From positions 322,979-386,978 of the forward strand of contig CP064975.1 of assembly GCA_016699425.1 (NCBI GenBank): 64,000 nucleotides of DNA, in the 5' to 3' direction. Below the pieces are notes generated by a model. That model saw nothing but the letters and a program-made list of their open reading frames with translations, was not told where the DNA came from and ran no database searches. The stretch is from Candidatus Moraniibacteriota bacterium (GTDB lineage: Bacteria > Patescibacteriota > Minisyncoccia > Moranbacterales > UBA1568). A program made the position numbers and the translations under genes. Positions 9,533-18,666 of the stretch are shown piece by piece (positions within the stretch are counted from its first letter, which is position 1; each line of letters opens with the position of its first letter).

Positions 9533-10576
9533 ATGGAAACGCGTACCGCAACCCTCACTCGACTCTTCGCCGGCCAACCGGCATTTCGTCTGCGCCAGGC
9601 AGAGGCGGCTTTGTTTCGCTCGGATTGGCATGCCTGGGAAGACGTGACCGTACTCTCCAAAGAATGGCGGCAGAAGTTAGCGGATCAGATCACCTGGTGT
9701 TCACTCTCCCAGATCGCAGTTCTCGAAAGTGTGAAGCACGACACGTTCAAGGCAATCCTCAAGACAGCGGATGACAAACGAATTGAGACGGTCCTCATGC
9801 AGAATGCGCGCGGTTTCTGGACGATCTGTGTTTCGTCCCAAGTCGGCTGTGCGATGGCCTGCACGTTTTGCGCGACCGGCAAGATGGGCTTCACGCGCAG
9901 CCTCATCGCTGACGAAATCATCGACCAGTATCGCTATTGGATGTATTTCCTCGCTGGCCGGCATGATCTCGAGCCGCGGATTTCCAACGTCGTCTACATG
10001 GGGATGGGGGAGCCCTTGGCGAATTATGAGAACGTGAAGGCATCGCTCCAGGCCTTCCTCGCACACACCGACATGGGTCCGACACGTCTCACTGTCTCAA
10101 CCGTCGGACTCGTCCCCATGTTGCGCAAGCTCCTCACTGATGTCACCTGGCCGCCAGTCCGTCTCGCGGTGTCGCTCCATAGCGCTGATGCCAAGACGCG
10201 TACGGCCATCATGCCTTCGTCCTATCCGAAATTCCTTGACGATCTGGCAGAGTGGACAAAAGAATATTTCTTGAAGTTTGAAAGCCGGCGTCGGCATCTG
10301 ACCTTTGAATATGTAATGCTCGCGGGGGTGAATGACACGTCTGCCCATGCCGATAAGCTTATCGCCTTCGCCCGAAAAGTCGGCAAAGTTAAGATCAATC
10401 TGATTCCTTACAATGACACCAAGAGTCGGTATTCGACGAGTGAGAGTTCAGCACTCCTCGATTTCGAGCAGCGACTCAATCAAGCCAAGCTCGATGTCAC
10501 GCGCCGCCGCACCATGGGCGCCGACATCGCTGCCGCCTGCGGTCAGCTCATCGTCGAGAAATCAACTCAGAAATAG
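9533..10576 (+). CDS. rlmN: 23S rRNA (adenine2503-C2)-methyltransferase, radical SAM
   Basis: CAMACTFCATG radical-SAM cluster, typical RlmN/Cfr length and motifs. Confidence 0.9.
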   Translation: METRTATLTRLFAGQPAFRLRQAEAALFRSDWHAWEDVTVLSKEWRQKLADQITWCSLSQIAVLESVKHDTFKAILKTADDKRIETVLMQNARGFWTICVSSQVGCAMACTFCATGKMGFTRSLIADEIIDQYRYWMYFLAGRHDLEPRISNVVYMGMGEPLANYENVKASLQAFLAHTDMGPTRLTVSTVGLVPMLRKLLTDVTWPPVRLAVSLHSADAKTRTAIMPSSYPKFLDDLAEWTKEYFLKFESRRRHLTFEYVMLAGVNDTSAHADKLIAFARKVGKVKINLIPYNDTKSRYSTSESSALLDFEQRLNQAKLDVTRRRTMGADIAAACGQLIVEKSTQK

Positions 10577-10580
10577 CCCC

Positions 10581-11561
10581 ATGCTCCTCCGCTCAAAATT
10601 TCTCCTCATTTTATCCGCTTTCCTAGGATCAGCTACGTGTCTGTGGCTTTTGGCCGAGCGGGTGCCGGTGAATCCGGATACCCCGACCATCTTCTGGACC
10701 ATCCAGCCGTCGACAACCCCGGAGGAAACGCCAAAGCGCGTCGCTGCGACCGTGCTCTTTGGCGGGGATATGCAGTTCGACCGCTGGATTCGCACGGTGT
10801 CCCAAAAGAAGGGGGCGGATTTCATCCTGGCTCCGATGCGGCCGTCACTCGCGAATGCTGATATTGTCGTTGCGAACCTCGAGGGGCCAATAACCGACCA
10901 GCCATCGGTGAGTGAGACGAGTACCGAAGGGGCACACGACAACTATGTCTTCACCTTCTCACCCGAGACAGCAGCGCTCCTGAAACGCGAGAATATCGCG
11001 CTCGTGAATATTGGGAATAATCATATCTTGAATTTCCAAGAAGACGGTGTCCAGCAAACGAAAGTCTGGCTCAATCAGTCTGGTGTTGCCCAGTTCGGCT
11101 CGCCCCTCGCTGGTGACACCCGGTACAGTATCCGCGATATCCGTGGCACGCGGATCGCTTTCGTGAATTACAATCAGTTCGTCTCAAACGGTCGCGCGAA
11201 AGCATTCGAAGATATCACGGCAGTCAAGGAGCGCAGTGATTTCATAGTCATCTATGCTCACTGGGGCGAGGAATACGTCGAGGCTCTGCCCGCTGTAAAA
11301 CAGCTCGCTCATGAATTCGTCGATGTCGGCGCGGATCTCGTCATCGGGTCGCATCCGCATGTGGTCCAGGAACGCGAAGACTATCAGGGGAAACCGATTT
11401 ATTATTCGCTCGGTAATTTCATCTTTGACCAGTATTTCCGTCCCGAAACCCAGTCCGGCCTCCTCGTCCGCGCGACATTTGATTCGGCCAATCATCGCAT
11501 CACCACCGAAAACATCCCGATTCATCTCCGGTCAAACGGTCAAACCGAACGGGCACCATGA
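10581..11561 (+). CDS. capA: CapA-family (poly-gamma-glutamate synthesis-type) metallophosphatase, secreted/anchored
   Basis: Start at ORF residue 57 (MLLRSKFLLILSAF signal/anchor), right after the rlmN stop. Motifs LVNIGNNHILNF, VIYAHWGEEY and GSHPHVVQ. Confidence 0.75.
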   Translation: MLLRSKFLLILSAFLGSATCLWLLAERVPVNPDTPTIFWTIQPSTTPEETPKRVAATVLFGGDMQFDRWIRTVSQKKGADFILAPMRPSLANADIVVANLEGPITDQPSVSETSTEGAHDNYVFTFSPETAALLKRENIALVNIGNNHILNFQEDGVQQTKVWLNQSGVAQFGSPLAGDTRYSIRDIRGTRIAFVNYNQFVSNGRAKAFEDITAVKERSDFIVIYAHWGEEYVEALPAVKQLAHEFVDVGADLVIGSHPHVVQEREDYQGKPIYYSLGNFIFDQYFRPETQSGLLVRATFDSANHRITTENIPIHLRSNGQTERAP

Positions 11562-11684
11562 TAAGGGTGACTGGCTTGAGGTGAGTATCTTGTCAATCGA
11601 GCACGCTATTTCGATACGTACCCCTTACCCTGGACAGAACGCCTAAAAAGGTGTACGCTTTGGTGTTCTTTAAAATTGGCCCGG

Positions 11685-11753
11685 TTGCCAGAGCCCCGTG
11701 GATTTTTTGTTCACACCGTTACGGAAGAGGTGAATTTTACGGGGCTCTGGCAA
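11685..11753 (+). promoter_or_regulatory. Perfect 15-bp inverted repeat (TTGCCAGAGCCCCGT...ACGGGGCTCTGGCAA) with a structured 39-nt loop, upstream of an orphan hypothetical gene
   Basis: Read directly from the sequence. The loop has an inner CACC-GUUACGG-GGUG pairing and no downstream U-tract, so it is not a canonical terminator. Confidence 0.3.
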
Positions 11754-11793
11754 ACTCGAATTGGTCGAGAGCTGTCTACAAGGAGGCAATTAT

Positions 11794-12471
11794 ATGTCAC
11801 AAGATAAGGATTGGTATCAGAGGTTTTTGGACGCGGTAAGTCATAATCTTCCACCGGCGGAAGTCATCGGTGAAGAGATTGCTCTGGGTTGGCTGAATAA
11901 TCAATCTGCACTGAGGCAGTTTCTAGCAGGGCTCTGCCCGTCAGACAAAGACATCAAAGAGCTGAGTCAGTGCAATCCCGGACTCGTCGGAACCGAGCTT
12001 CCAAAATCGGTTCGCTCGGTAACCATCCCGGCGAGGGATGAACCAATCAATCTGGCGGAGTTCTACCAGGATGGCCCGGATCTTGCAGTTGACGGCGTTC
12101 TTACAGATCGTCTCAGTAAGAGCGCTAGGCAGGTGGTAAGTTCGGCCCCGGAGCGCTCCTATGTTGCGGTCTCCCTCAAAGAGATTGGGTCTACGGATAT
12201 TCCGAAGTATTATCCTCAACTGTCAACGTGGGAAGATCTCGCAGCCTTGATCGTCGCACAGCTAGGTGGCCAGCCGGGCTTCTTGTTGAACAACGGGGCC
12301 TCAAACCTCGCCTTCGTCAAGGAGGATAGTGCTGTCACCATTGTGGATATCATCCGGATAGGTTGCGACAACCTGTGGTGGGTCTGCGACGTCGACCCAG
12401 GTGACCTGGGTGATGATAGCGTCTTGGATGCTGACAGCCAGGTGCTCTTGGTATGCAGCCCAGCGTCCTAA
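11794..12471 (+). CDS. Hypothetical soluble protein, own transcription unit
   Basis: Strong SD AAGGAGG 7 nt before the ATG. The ORF is followed by an intrinsic terminator. No recognisable domain. Confidence 0.5.
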   Translation: MSQDKDWYQRFLDAVSHNLPPAEVIGEEIALGWLNNQSALRQFLAGLCPSDKDIKELSQCNPGLVGTELPKSVRSVTIPARDEPINLAEFYQDGPDLAVDGVLTDRLSKSARQVVSSAPERSYVAVSLKEIGSTDIPKYYPQLSTWEDLAALIVAQLGGQPGFLLNNGASNLAFVKEDSAVTIVDIIRIGCDNLWWVCDVDPGDLGDDSVLDADSQVLLVCSPAS

Positions 12472-12528
12472 CTGCTTGTCTCTCAGAGTCCATCGGATGA
12501 AGACCCTCGGACACATTCGTCACTTTGA

Positions 12529-12570
12529 CCCTTGGAAACTACCACGTAGTGACCAAGGGTTTTTGTTTTG
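12529..12570 (+). terminator. Rho-independent terminator (CCCUUGG-17-CCAAGGG + UUUUUGUUUUG)
   Basis: 7-bp GC-rich stem followed by a U-tract directly after the 11794-12471 gene. Confidence 0.6.
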
Positions 12571-12596
12571 ATTCTTTCCTGCTTTCCCGTTACAAT
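12568..12596 (+). promoter_or_regulatory. Sigma70-like promoter TTGATT-17-TACAAT for miaB (near-leaderless)
   Basis: The -10 element ends about 10 nt before the miaB ATG at 12607. Confidence 0.45.
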
Positions 12597-12606
12597 CGGG
12601 AGACGT

Positions 12607-13806
12607 ATGCCCCAGCGTTACTTCATTCAAACCTTCGGCTGCCAGCAGAACACGGCAGACTCGGAGCGGATCGCGAGCCTGTACGAGGCGCGCGGTTTCG
12701 CGCCGGCTGAGACGCTGGAACAGGCGGATACGCTCATCGTGAACACCTGTATCGTCCGCGACCGGGCCGAGGAAAAGGTATATGGTCTGGTCCAAAATCT
12801 TCGGGAAAAAGCAAAGCGCGGGCCCGAGAGCCTGCATATCGTCGTGACCGGTTGCCTCGTCGGGGCGGCGGCGCGTGAACCGTCGGGCAAGCTCATGCGG
12901 CGGATGAAGGCTCGCTTGCCGGATGAAGAATTCCTCCCGATGGAGGATGTCGGATTCGAACATGCACCGAAGCGCGGCAGCGGAAAACTGGCCTCAGTGG
13001 TGATCTCAAATGGCTGCAACAACTACTGCGCGTTTTGTATCGTCCCGTTTTCCCGGGGCAAGGAACGCTCGCGGCCCTTTGGCGAGATCCTTTATGAGGT
13101 GAACGAGTCCGTGAAACAGGGGAAGACGGAAGTCATGCTCCTCGGTCAGAATGTGAATTCGTATGGGGCCGACTTCCTCGCGGAAAACATCAAGGCTGGC
13201 TCGGAGTACGCGCTCCCTGGAGGAAAGACCGTGAGACCAGTGATGGTGAAGCACCTGGGTCGGCACCGGATCCCGACGCTCTTCCCTCATCTCCTCGAGG
13301 CAGTGGCTGAGATCCCGGGCGTCGAAAAAGTCATGTTTCTCTCGGCCAATCCCTGGGACTTCTCGGACGAGCTGATCGACACGATCGCGCGGCATCCGAA
13401 CATCGACCGGCTGCTTCATCTCCCGATCCAGGCGGGGAGCGACAAAATTATCAAGGCGATGAATCGTTGGTACACGCGCGACGAGTACCTGGCACTCGTC
13501 GATCGGATCCGAGCCAAGGTGCCTGATGTTCAATTCACGACCGACATCATCGTTGGCTTTCCCGGCGAAACACGTGAGGATTTTGAGCAGACGCTTGACA
13601 TTGCTCGGCGGGTGAAATATGCCAAGGCGTATATCGCCTGGTATTCGCCACGACATGGCACGACCGCGCTCAAGATGGTGGATGATGTCGATATCCATGA
13701 GAAGAAGCGGCGCTACACTGAGCTCGACCACCTCGTCCTCCGGCTCGCCGGCCGCGAACACTTGATCGGTAAGGTGCCGGCGCGTCCGATGGAAAGCTCG
13801 GAATAG
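12607..13806 (+). CDS. miaB: tRNA methylthiotransferase, MiaB-like radical SAM (MTTase family)
   Basis: N-terminal MTTase motif IQTFGCQQNTADSE, radical-SAM CNNYCAFC, C-terminal TRAM-like region. Confidence 0.75.
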   Translation: MPQRYFIQTFGCQQNTADSERIASLYEARGFAPAETLEQADTLIVNTCIVRDRAEEKVYGLVQNLREKAKRGPESLHIVVTGCLVGAAAREPSGKLMRRMKARLPDEEFLPMEDVGFEHAPKRGSGKLASVVISNGCNNYCAFCIVPFSRGKERSRPFGEILYEVNESVKQGKTEVMLLGQNVNSYGADFLAENIKAGSEYALPGGKTVRPVMVKHLGRHRIPTLFPHLLEAVAEIPGVEKVMFLSANPWDFSDELIDTIARHPNIDRLLHLPIQAGSDKIIKAMNRWYTRDEYLALVDRIRAKVPDVQFTTDIIVGFPGETREDFEQTLDIARRVKYAKAYIAWYSPRHGTTALKMVDDVDIHEKKRRYTELDHLVLRLAGREHLIGKVPARPMESSE

Positions 13807-13855
13807 CCGCTTTTGAAGCTTCTCGGGAAATGCTAGGATAGGGGAAACGATACTT

Positions 13856-14653
13856 ATGCAAGAACGCTATATACTCATTTCCTGGAACGTGAACGGGCTC
13901 CGCTCCGCGGGCAAGAAGGATTTCGTCGCCTGGATGCAGCAAGGCAAATACCCGATTGTTGCTGTTCAGGAAACGAAAATCAGTGATCCCGATCAATTGA
14001 CTGAGGAGCTTCGCAACCCGGATGGTTATACGAGCTACTTCAATTGCTCGACGGAAAAGAAGGGGTACAGTGGTGTCGGCATCTATGTGAAGAAGCAGCC
14101 ATTTGCGGTGAAGACTTATTTCGGAGACAATCTCCTCTCACGCGAGGGGCGTGTCATCGAGATGGAGTTCCGGCACTTCACACTCCTCAACGTCTATTTT
14201 CCCAACGGTGGTTCGGGTGAACTCCGGCTCCAGTACAAGATGCAGTTTTACGACGAATTCCTCCATTATCTCACTCATCTCCGGAAGCAGGGGAAGCGGA
14301 TCGTCGTCTGTGGTGATGTGAACACGGCACACCGGGAAATCGATTTGGCGCGCCCCAAGGAAAACGCCAATACGTCTGGTTTCCTCGAGACGGAACGGGT
14401 CTGGATCGACCAGCTGACGGCGGCTGGGTTCATCGACGCCTATCGTCACCTCCATCCACAGGAAGTCGCCTACACGTGGTGGGATATGAAAACGCGCGCG
14501 CGTGAACGCAATGTCGGCTGGCGTATCGATTACTTTTTCGTCGACCAAAGTCTGGAGAATAATATGAAAGAGGCGCTCATCTTGTCAGACGTGCCGGGAT
14601 CGGATCATTGCCCGGTGGGACTTTCGCTCGTCTTTTCCGACACCGAAAACTAG
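13856..14653 (+). CDS. xth: Exodeoxyribonuclease III (AP endonuclease)
   Basis: LISWNVNGLRS... VQETK... ExoIII/APE1 family motifs (GDVNTAHREIDL, SDHCPV). Confidence 0.85.
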   Translation: MQERYILISWNVNGLRSAGKKDFVAWMQQGKYPIVAVQETKISDPDQLTEELRNPDGYTSYFNCSTEKKGYSGVGIYVKKQPFAVKTYFGDNLLSREGRVIEMEFRHFTLLNVYFPNGGSGELRLQYKMQFYDEFLHYLTHLRKQGKRIVVCGDVNTAHREIDLARPKENANTSGFLETERVWIDQLTAAGFIDAYRHLHPQEVAYTWWDMKTRARERNVGWRIDYFFVDQSLENNMKEALILSDVPGSDHCPVGLSLVFSDTEN

Positions 14654-14660
14654 AGCAAGT

Positions 14661-15872
14661 ATGGAGACTGATGTGCCCGGCCAGCCGCCCCTCGCCGAGC
14701 GAATGCGGCCGAAACAACTCGCTGATTTCATTGGCCAGGAAAAGATCCTGGGCGAGGGATCATTCCTCCGGCATGCGATCACTGAAGACCGGGTCCCATC
14801 ACTGCTCTTTTGGGGGCCGCCGGGGAGTGGTAAGACAACCTTGGCGCGACTGATCGCGCTTGAAACGAAATCACACTTCATCTCACTTTCCGCGGTCGAG
14901 AGTGGTAAAAAGGACCTTCAGAGAATCGTCGAAGGAGCGAAGGCAACGGGTCGACTCGGGGCGCGGACCATCCTCTTCATCGATGAGATCCACCGTTGGA
15001 ACAAATCCCAACAGGATGCGCTCCTCCCACATGTCGAGAATGGGACGCTGACTCTCATCGGCGCGACAACCGAAAATCCGAGTTTCGAAATAAATGCCGC
15101 TTTGCTTTCCCGGGCCCGTGTCCTGGTCTTGGAACAACACACGCCAGAGCATATCGAGTTACTCCTCAAAGCAGCACTGGAGAAAGACGAGTTGCTCAAA
15201 GCGAAGGGGCTCGTGGTGGATACGGCAGCGCTGCATTTCATCGCCGGTGTGTCGGGCGGTGATGCTCGGGCAGCTTACAATATCCTCGAAGCCTGCGCGA
15301 GCCTCGGGCAGCGGGTCACGTCTGAGTTGGTTGAAGAGGTGGTCGAGCGTTCGCATATCCTGTACGACCAGAATGGCGAGGAGCATTACAATATCATCTC
15401 AGCACTCCACAAATCGATGCGTGGGGGCGATGCGGATGCAGCGCTCTATTGGCTCGGCCGGATGCTCGAAGCGGGCGAAGATCCACTCTACATCGCGCGG
15501 CGTCTCGTCCGTTTTGCTTCCGAGGACGTCGGGATGGGGAATTCGTTTGCATTGCCTCAGGCAGTCGCCGCGTATCAGGCCTGTCAATATATCGGGATGC
15601 CGGAGTGCAGCGTGAATCTCGCTCAGGCGGTGGTGTATCTCGCGCAGTCCAAGAAATCCAATGCCCTCTACATAGCCTACGCGAAAGTGAAGGCTGATAT
15701 CGCCGAGTTCCCCAATGAGCCGGTGCCGCTTCATCTGCGGAATGCACCAACGAAGCTCATGAAATCACTCGACTATGGTAAAGACTACAAGTACACACCG
15801 GACTTTGCGGACCCCGAGGCAGCGAAGCAGGACTATCTGCCCGAAAAGCTCCGGGGCAAGCGGTATTTGTAA
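14661..15872 (+). CDS. rarA: Replication-associated recombination protein A (AAA+ ATPase)
   Basis: [19 protein letters not shown]...[19 protein letters not shown], MgsA/RarA C-terminal domain. Confidence 0.85.
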   Translation: METDVPGQPPLAERMRPKQLADFIGQEKILGEGSFLRHAITEDRVPSLLFWGPPGSGKTTLARLIALETKSHFISLSAVESGKKDLQRIVEGAKATGRLGARTILFIDEIHRWNKSQQDALLPHVENGTLTLIGATTENPSFEINAALLSRARVLVLEQHTPEHIELLLKAALEKDELLKAKGLVVDTAALHFIAGVSGGDARAAYNILEACASLGQRVTSELVEEVVERSHILYDQNGEEHYNIISALHKSMRGGDADAALYWLGRMLEAGEDPLYIARRLVRFASEDVGMGNSFALPQAVAAYQACQYIGMPECSVNLAQAVVYLAQSKKSNALYIAYAKVKADIAEFPNEPVPLHLRNAPTKLMKSLDYGKDYKYTPDFADPEAAKQDYLPEKLRGKRYL

Positions 15873-15926
15873 TCGGCTACCATCCGCGTGTTACACTGGA
15901 GGACATAATTGTGTTTATTGAGGCAT

Positions 15927-16415
15927 ATGCTGGAAGAGCCATTGATTGGGAAAATGATCGGAAAGAAAGCGCCGCAGTTCTCCTTGCCTGACCAAGCAGG
16001 GAAGATGCGGTCGCTGAAAGAATTCCTCGGGCGCTTTGTAGTCCTGTATTTCTATCCGAAAGACGATACACCGGGTTGCACGATTGAGGCGTGTAGCTTC
16101 CGGGACAACTTTACCGCCTTGAAAAAATCCCGAGCGGTCGTACTCGGTGTCTCTATCGATCCAGTGAAGAAGCATGCAAAGTTTGCCGAGAAATATTCTT
16201 TGCCGTTTACGCTGCTCTCGGATGAAGCGAAGCAAGTCGTTGAGCGTTACGGTGTCTGGGGGAAGAAGAAATTCATGGGTCGCGAATATATGGGCACGCA
16301 TCGCGTTTCGTTCCTCATCGATCCCAAAGGCAAGATCGCAAAGATCTATGATCCCGTGAAGCCCGCCGGTCATGCTGAAGTCGTGCTGTCCGATATTCAA
16401 TCCCTGAAAACCTGA
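15927..16415 (+). CDS. bcp: Peroxiredoxin Bcp (thiol peroxidase)
   Basis: KAPQFSLPDQAGK...YFYPKDDTPGCTIEACSFRD. The ATG has GAGG 5 nt upstream. Confidence 0.8.
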   Translation: MLEEPLIGKMIGKKAPQFSLPDQAGKMRSLKEFLGRFVVLYFYPKDDTPGCTIEACSFRDNFTALKKSRAVVLGVSIDPVKKHAKFAEKYSLPFTLLSDEAKQVVERYGVWGKKKFMGREYMGTHRVSFLIDPKGKIAKIYDPVKPAGHAEVVLSDIQSLKT

Positions 16416-16418
16416 ATT

Positions 16419-17792
16419 ATGCGTATCCTGACTCAGCGCCAGCCACCCAAGGCAGTCACCAGTGTCGTCTTGAAGCTCGGTAGCGAACGGGTTGATTTCC
16501 GGACCGACGCGAGTGGTCATTCATCGATCGAAATCGGTCTGGGAAAGAGAGAGGCCTTGACTAGGCGCCGACTGATAGTGGCGATCCGACAGATCGTTGC
16601 TGTAGCCAAGGAGCGACAGCTCGACACGCTCGCGATTGACTTTCTGGCGCTGCGTTCGCTAGCCGGTGAGATATCCGAGGCCGAACTTGCTGAACTCCTC
16701 GCGGTGAATCTCTTGTTGGCCGACTATGCCTTCGAACACTACAAGACCAAACCGGACAAGGGATTCCCGCATGTGAAAACGGTGTATCTCATGAACGCTG
16801 ATACTTCACGTGTCCGAAATGGACTCCGCCGCGGGAGAATCATCGGTGAAGAGACGAATCAGGCGCGGCACATCGCGACGATGCCGGCTGGTGAGATGAC
16901 GCCTGCCATCTTGGCCAAGCACGCGCGTGGAGCAGTGAAGAAACTTCCAGTCAAGGTCATGGTTTGGAATGATCAAGAAATCGAACGCCGCGGTCTGGCG
17001 GGGATTGTTGCGGTCGGTAAGGGTTCGGTCTCGAAACCACGGTTCATCATCCTCGAATATTGTGGTGGGAAAAAAACTGAGAAGCCAACTATCCTCGTGG
17101 GCAAAGGTGTGACTTTCGACGCTGGGGGAATCAATCTGAAACCGACGACGGCTATCCTTGGCATGAACATGGATATGTCGGGCGGGGCGAGTGTCATTCA
17201 CACCCTGGCCGCTTGTGCACGGCTCAAGGTGAAGCAAAACATCGTCGCGCTCATTCCAGCCGTAGAAAATATGATTTCTGGCGAGAGTTATCGGCCGGGC
17301 GACATTATTCTGACGCTGTCCGGGAAGACAGTGGAGGTGCAGGACACGGATGCAGAGGGAAGAATTATCCTCGCTGATACCCTCACCTGGGCGGCGAAGT
17401 ATCACCCCCGGCTCGTGATCGATGTGGCGACGCTGACGGGCTCAGCGATGGTCGCGCTCGGAGAACGGAGTTCCGCCCTCTTTACCGAAGACGAAACACT
17501 GGAGACCAAACTCCGCCATATCGGTCTGGCGGTGGGGGATCCGGTCTGGCCCTTGCCGCTTTGGGATGAATACCTCGAAGATATCAAGGGGACCTATGCG
17601 GACATCGCCAATGTCGGCAATACGAAATGGGGCGGAGCGATCACGGCAGCTATTTTCTTGAAGCAATTCGTGACCTATCCGTGGGCGCACATCGACATCG
17701 CGCCGCGGATGACCACCATCCAGGGCGAATACTTGGCCAAGGGTTCAGTCGGCGCTGCGGTGCAGCTCCTCGTCCGATTTTTGTCGAAATAG
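16419..17792 (+). CDS. pepA: Leucyl aminopeptidase (M17)
   Basis: VGKGVTFDAGGINLKP and NTKWGGAITAAIFL M17 motifs. Confidence 0.85.
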   Translation: MRILTQRQPPKAVTSVVLKLGSERVDFRTDASGHSSIEIGLGKREALTRRRLIVAIRQIVAVAKERQLDTLAIDFLALRSLAGEISEAELAELLAVNLLLADYAFEHYKTKPDKGFPHVKTVYLMNADTSRVRNGLRRGRIIGEETNQARHIATMPAGEMTPAILAKHARGAVKKLPVKVMVWNDQEIERRGLAGIVAVGKGSVSKPRFIILEYCGGKKTEKPTILVGKGVTFDAGGINLKPTTAILGMNMDMSGGASVIHTLAACARLKVKQNIVALIPAVENMISGESYRPGDIILTLSGKTVEVQDTDAEGRIILADTLTWAAKYHPRLVIDVATLTGSAMVALGERSSALFTEDETLETKLRHIGLAVGDPVWPLPLWDEYLEDIKGTYADIANVGNTKWGGAITAAIFLKQFVTYPWAHIDIAPRMTTIQGEYLAKGSVGAAVQLLVRFLSK

Positions 17793-17852
17793 CGGTCTCG
17801 GTATTACACCACCACGTGACTTGACAAGTACTTGGCAATTCATTTGCTTGTG

Positions 17853-17861
17853 TGGTATATT
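17853..17861 (+). promoter_or_regulatory. Candidate extended -10 promoter TGGTATATT
   Basis: Same TGGTATA(C/T)T theme as other promoters in the window. TTGGCA lies 18 nt upstream as a possible -35. Confidence 0.3.
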
Positions 17862-17867
17862 TGAAGT

Positions 17868-17985
17868 GCCAAATCCTTCCACCCCCAACCACCAACATTG
17901 TCTTTGACGCCCAATCTTGGTCCTGTGGAAGGACCGGCACCTGCAGGATGAGGTTGCACAACGTTGCACCTCTTCTTTCTTTTTA
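17868..17985 (+). ncRNA. Candidate small RNA (~118 nt) between pepA and mraZ
   Basis: Promoter-like element upstream and an intrinsic terminator downstream (GAGGU-UGCA..UGC-ACCUC + UUCUUUCUUUUU). C-rich stretch CCUUCCACCCCCAACCACC, hairpin GGUCCUGUGGAAGGACC, and a long-range CCUUCCAC/GUGGAAGG complement. Confidence 0.3.
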
Positions 17986-18017
17986 GAAGGACTGATCAAG
18001 AAAAGATAGGATATGCA

Positions 18018-18040
18018 GCGCCGTACGAGCGGCGTTTTTG
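18018..18040 (+). terminator. Second Rho-independent terminator-like hairpin (GCGCCG-uacga-CGGCGU + UUUUUGG)
   Basis: Read from the sequence. Lies between the candidate sRNA and the mraZ operator. Confidence 0.4.
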
Positions 18041-18074
18041 GCTATTTATATGGCTATTTGCAGGTTTTTACGAA

Positions 18075-18123
18075 GTGGCGTAAAATGGGTATTAAGAACA
18101 GTGAAGTGGTGAAATGTGGTGAA
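18075..18123 (+). promoter_or_regulatory. MraZ-box repeats (TGG/GTGGTGAA repeats phased at 10 bp) = likely MraZ operator
   Basis: aaGTGGcgta aaaTGGgtat ... gaaGTGGTGAAatGTGGTGAAttt. Repeats with 10-bp periodicity immediately upstream of mraZ, as described for MraZ binding sites. Confidence 0.5.
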
Positions 18124-18208
18124 TTTCACGAAAACACTCCGACTGTTCGATTTTGCCACGCTTCGACAAGCTCAGCACTGAAGCTTGCGGGGACAAGCCT
18201 TCGCGCAT

Positions 18209-18643
18209 ATGTTCATCGGCGAGTACCAACACTCCATCGATCCCAAAAAGCGCCTGGCGCTCCCTTCAAAGTTTCGTGGGGAGCTCGGGACCCGGGTCGT
18301 CGTGACACGCGGACTCGACCGTTCACTCTTCGTCTATCCGATGAAGGTGTGGGAGGAACTCGCGGGAAAGCTCGGAAGTTTGCCGGTCGGTGAGACCGGA
18401 ACACGCAGCTTCATCCGGCTCATGCTCTCGGGCGCGACGGATTGCGAGCTCGATAGTCAGGGTCGCGTTCTCATTCCCGAATACCTCAAGACGGAGGCGG
18501 GACTGAAGAAGGAAGTGACCATCGTTGGACTCTATAATCGGCTCGAGATCTGGGACGTGAAAGAGTGGCAGAAATATAAACACCTGGCAGGAAAGAATAC
18601 CGAAAAGATTGCGAATGAACTCGGCAAGCTCGGTGTCTACTAG
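18209..18643 (+). CDS. mraZ: Transcriptional regulator MraZ
   Basis: MFIGEYQHSIDPKKRLALPSKFR...two MraZ repeats. Confidence 0.9.
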   Translation: MFIGEYQHSIDPKKRLALPSKFRGELGTRVVVTRGLDRSLFVYPMKVWEELAGKLGSLPVGETGTRSFIRLMLSGATDCELDSQGRVLIPEYLKTEAGLKKEVTIVGLYNRLEIWDVKEWQKYKHLAGKNTEKIANELGKLGVY

Positions 18644-18666
18644 TTTCGAAAACGTACCTCAACAAT

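Noticed and set aside
11651-11839. 62-aa ORF covering the 15-bp-stem hairpin
   Set aside because: It begins with a non-ATG codon, runs through the inverted repeat and into the RBS of the following gene. It is more likely structured non-coding sequence.
18013-18393. 126-aa plus ORF spanning the mraZ upstream region and the mraZ 5' end
   Set aside because: It runs through the terminator-like hairpins and the MraZ-box repeats and overlaps genuine mraZ in another frame. Its 'Met' is probably an alternative start codon in the ORF track.
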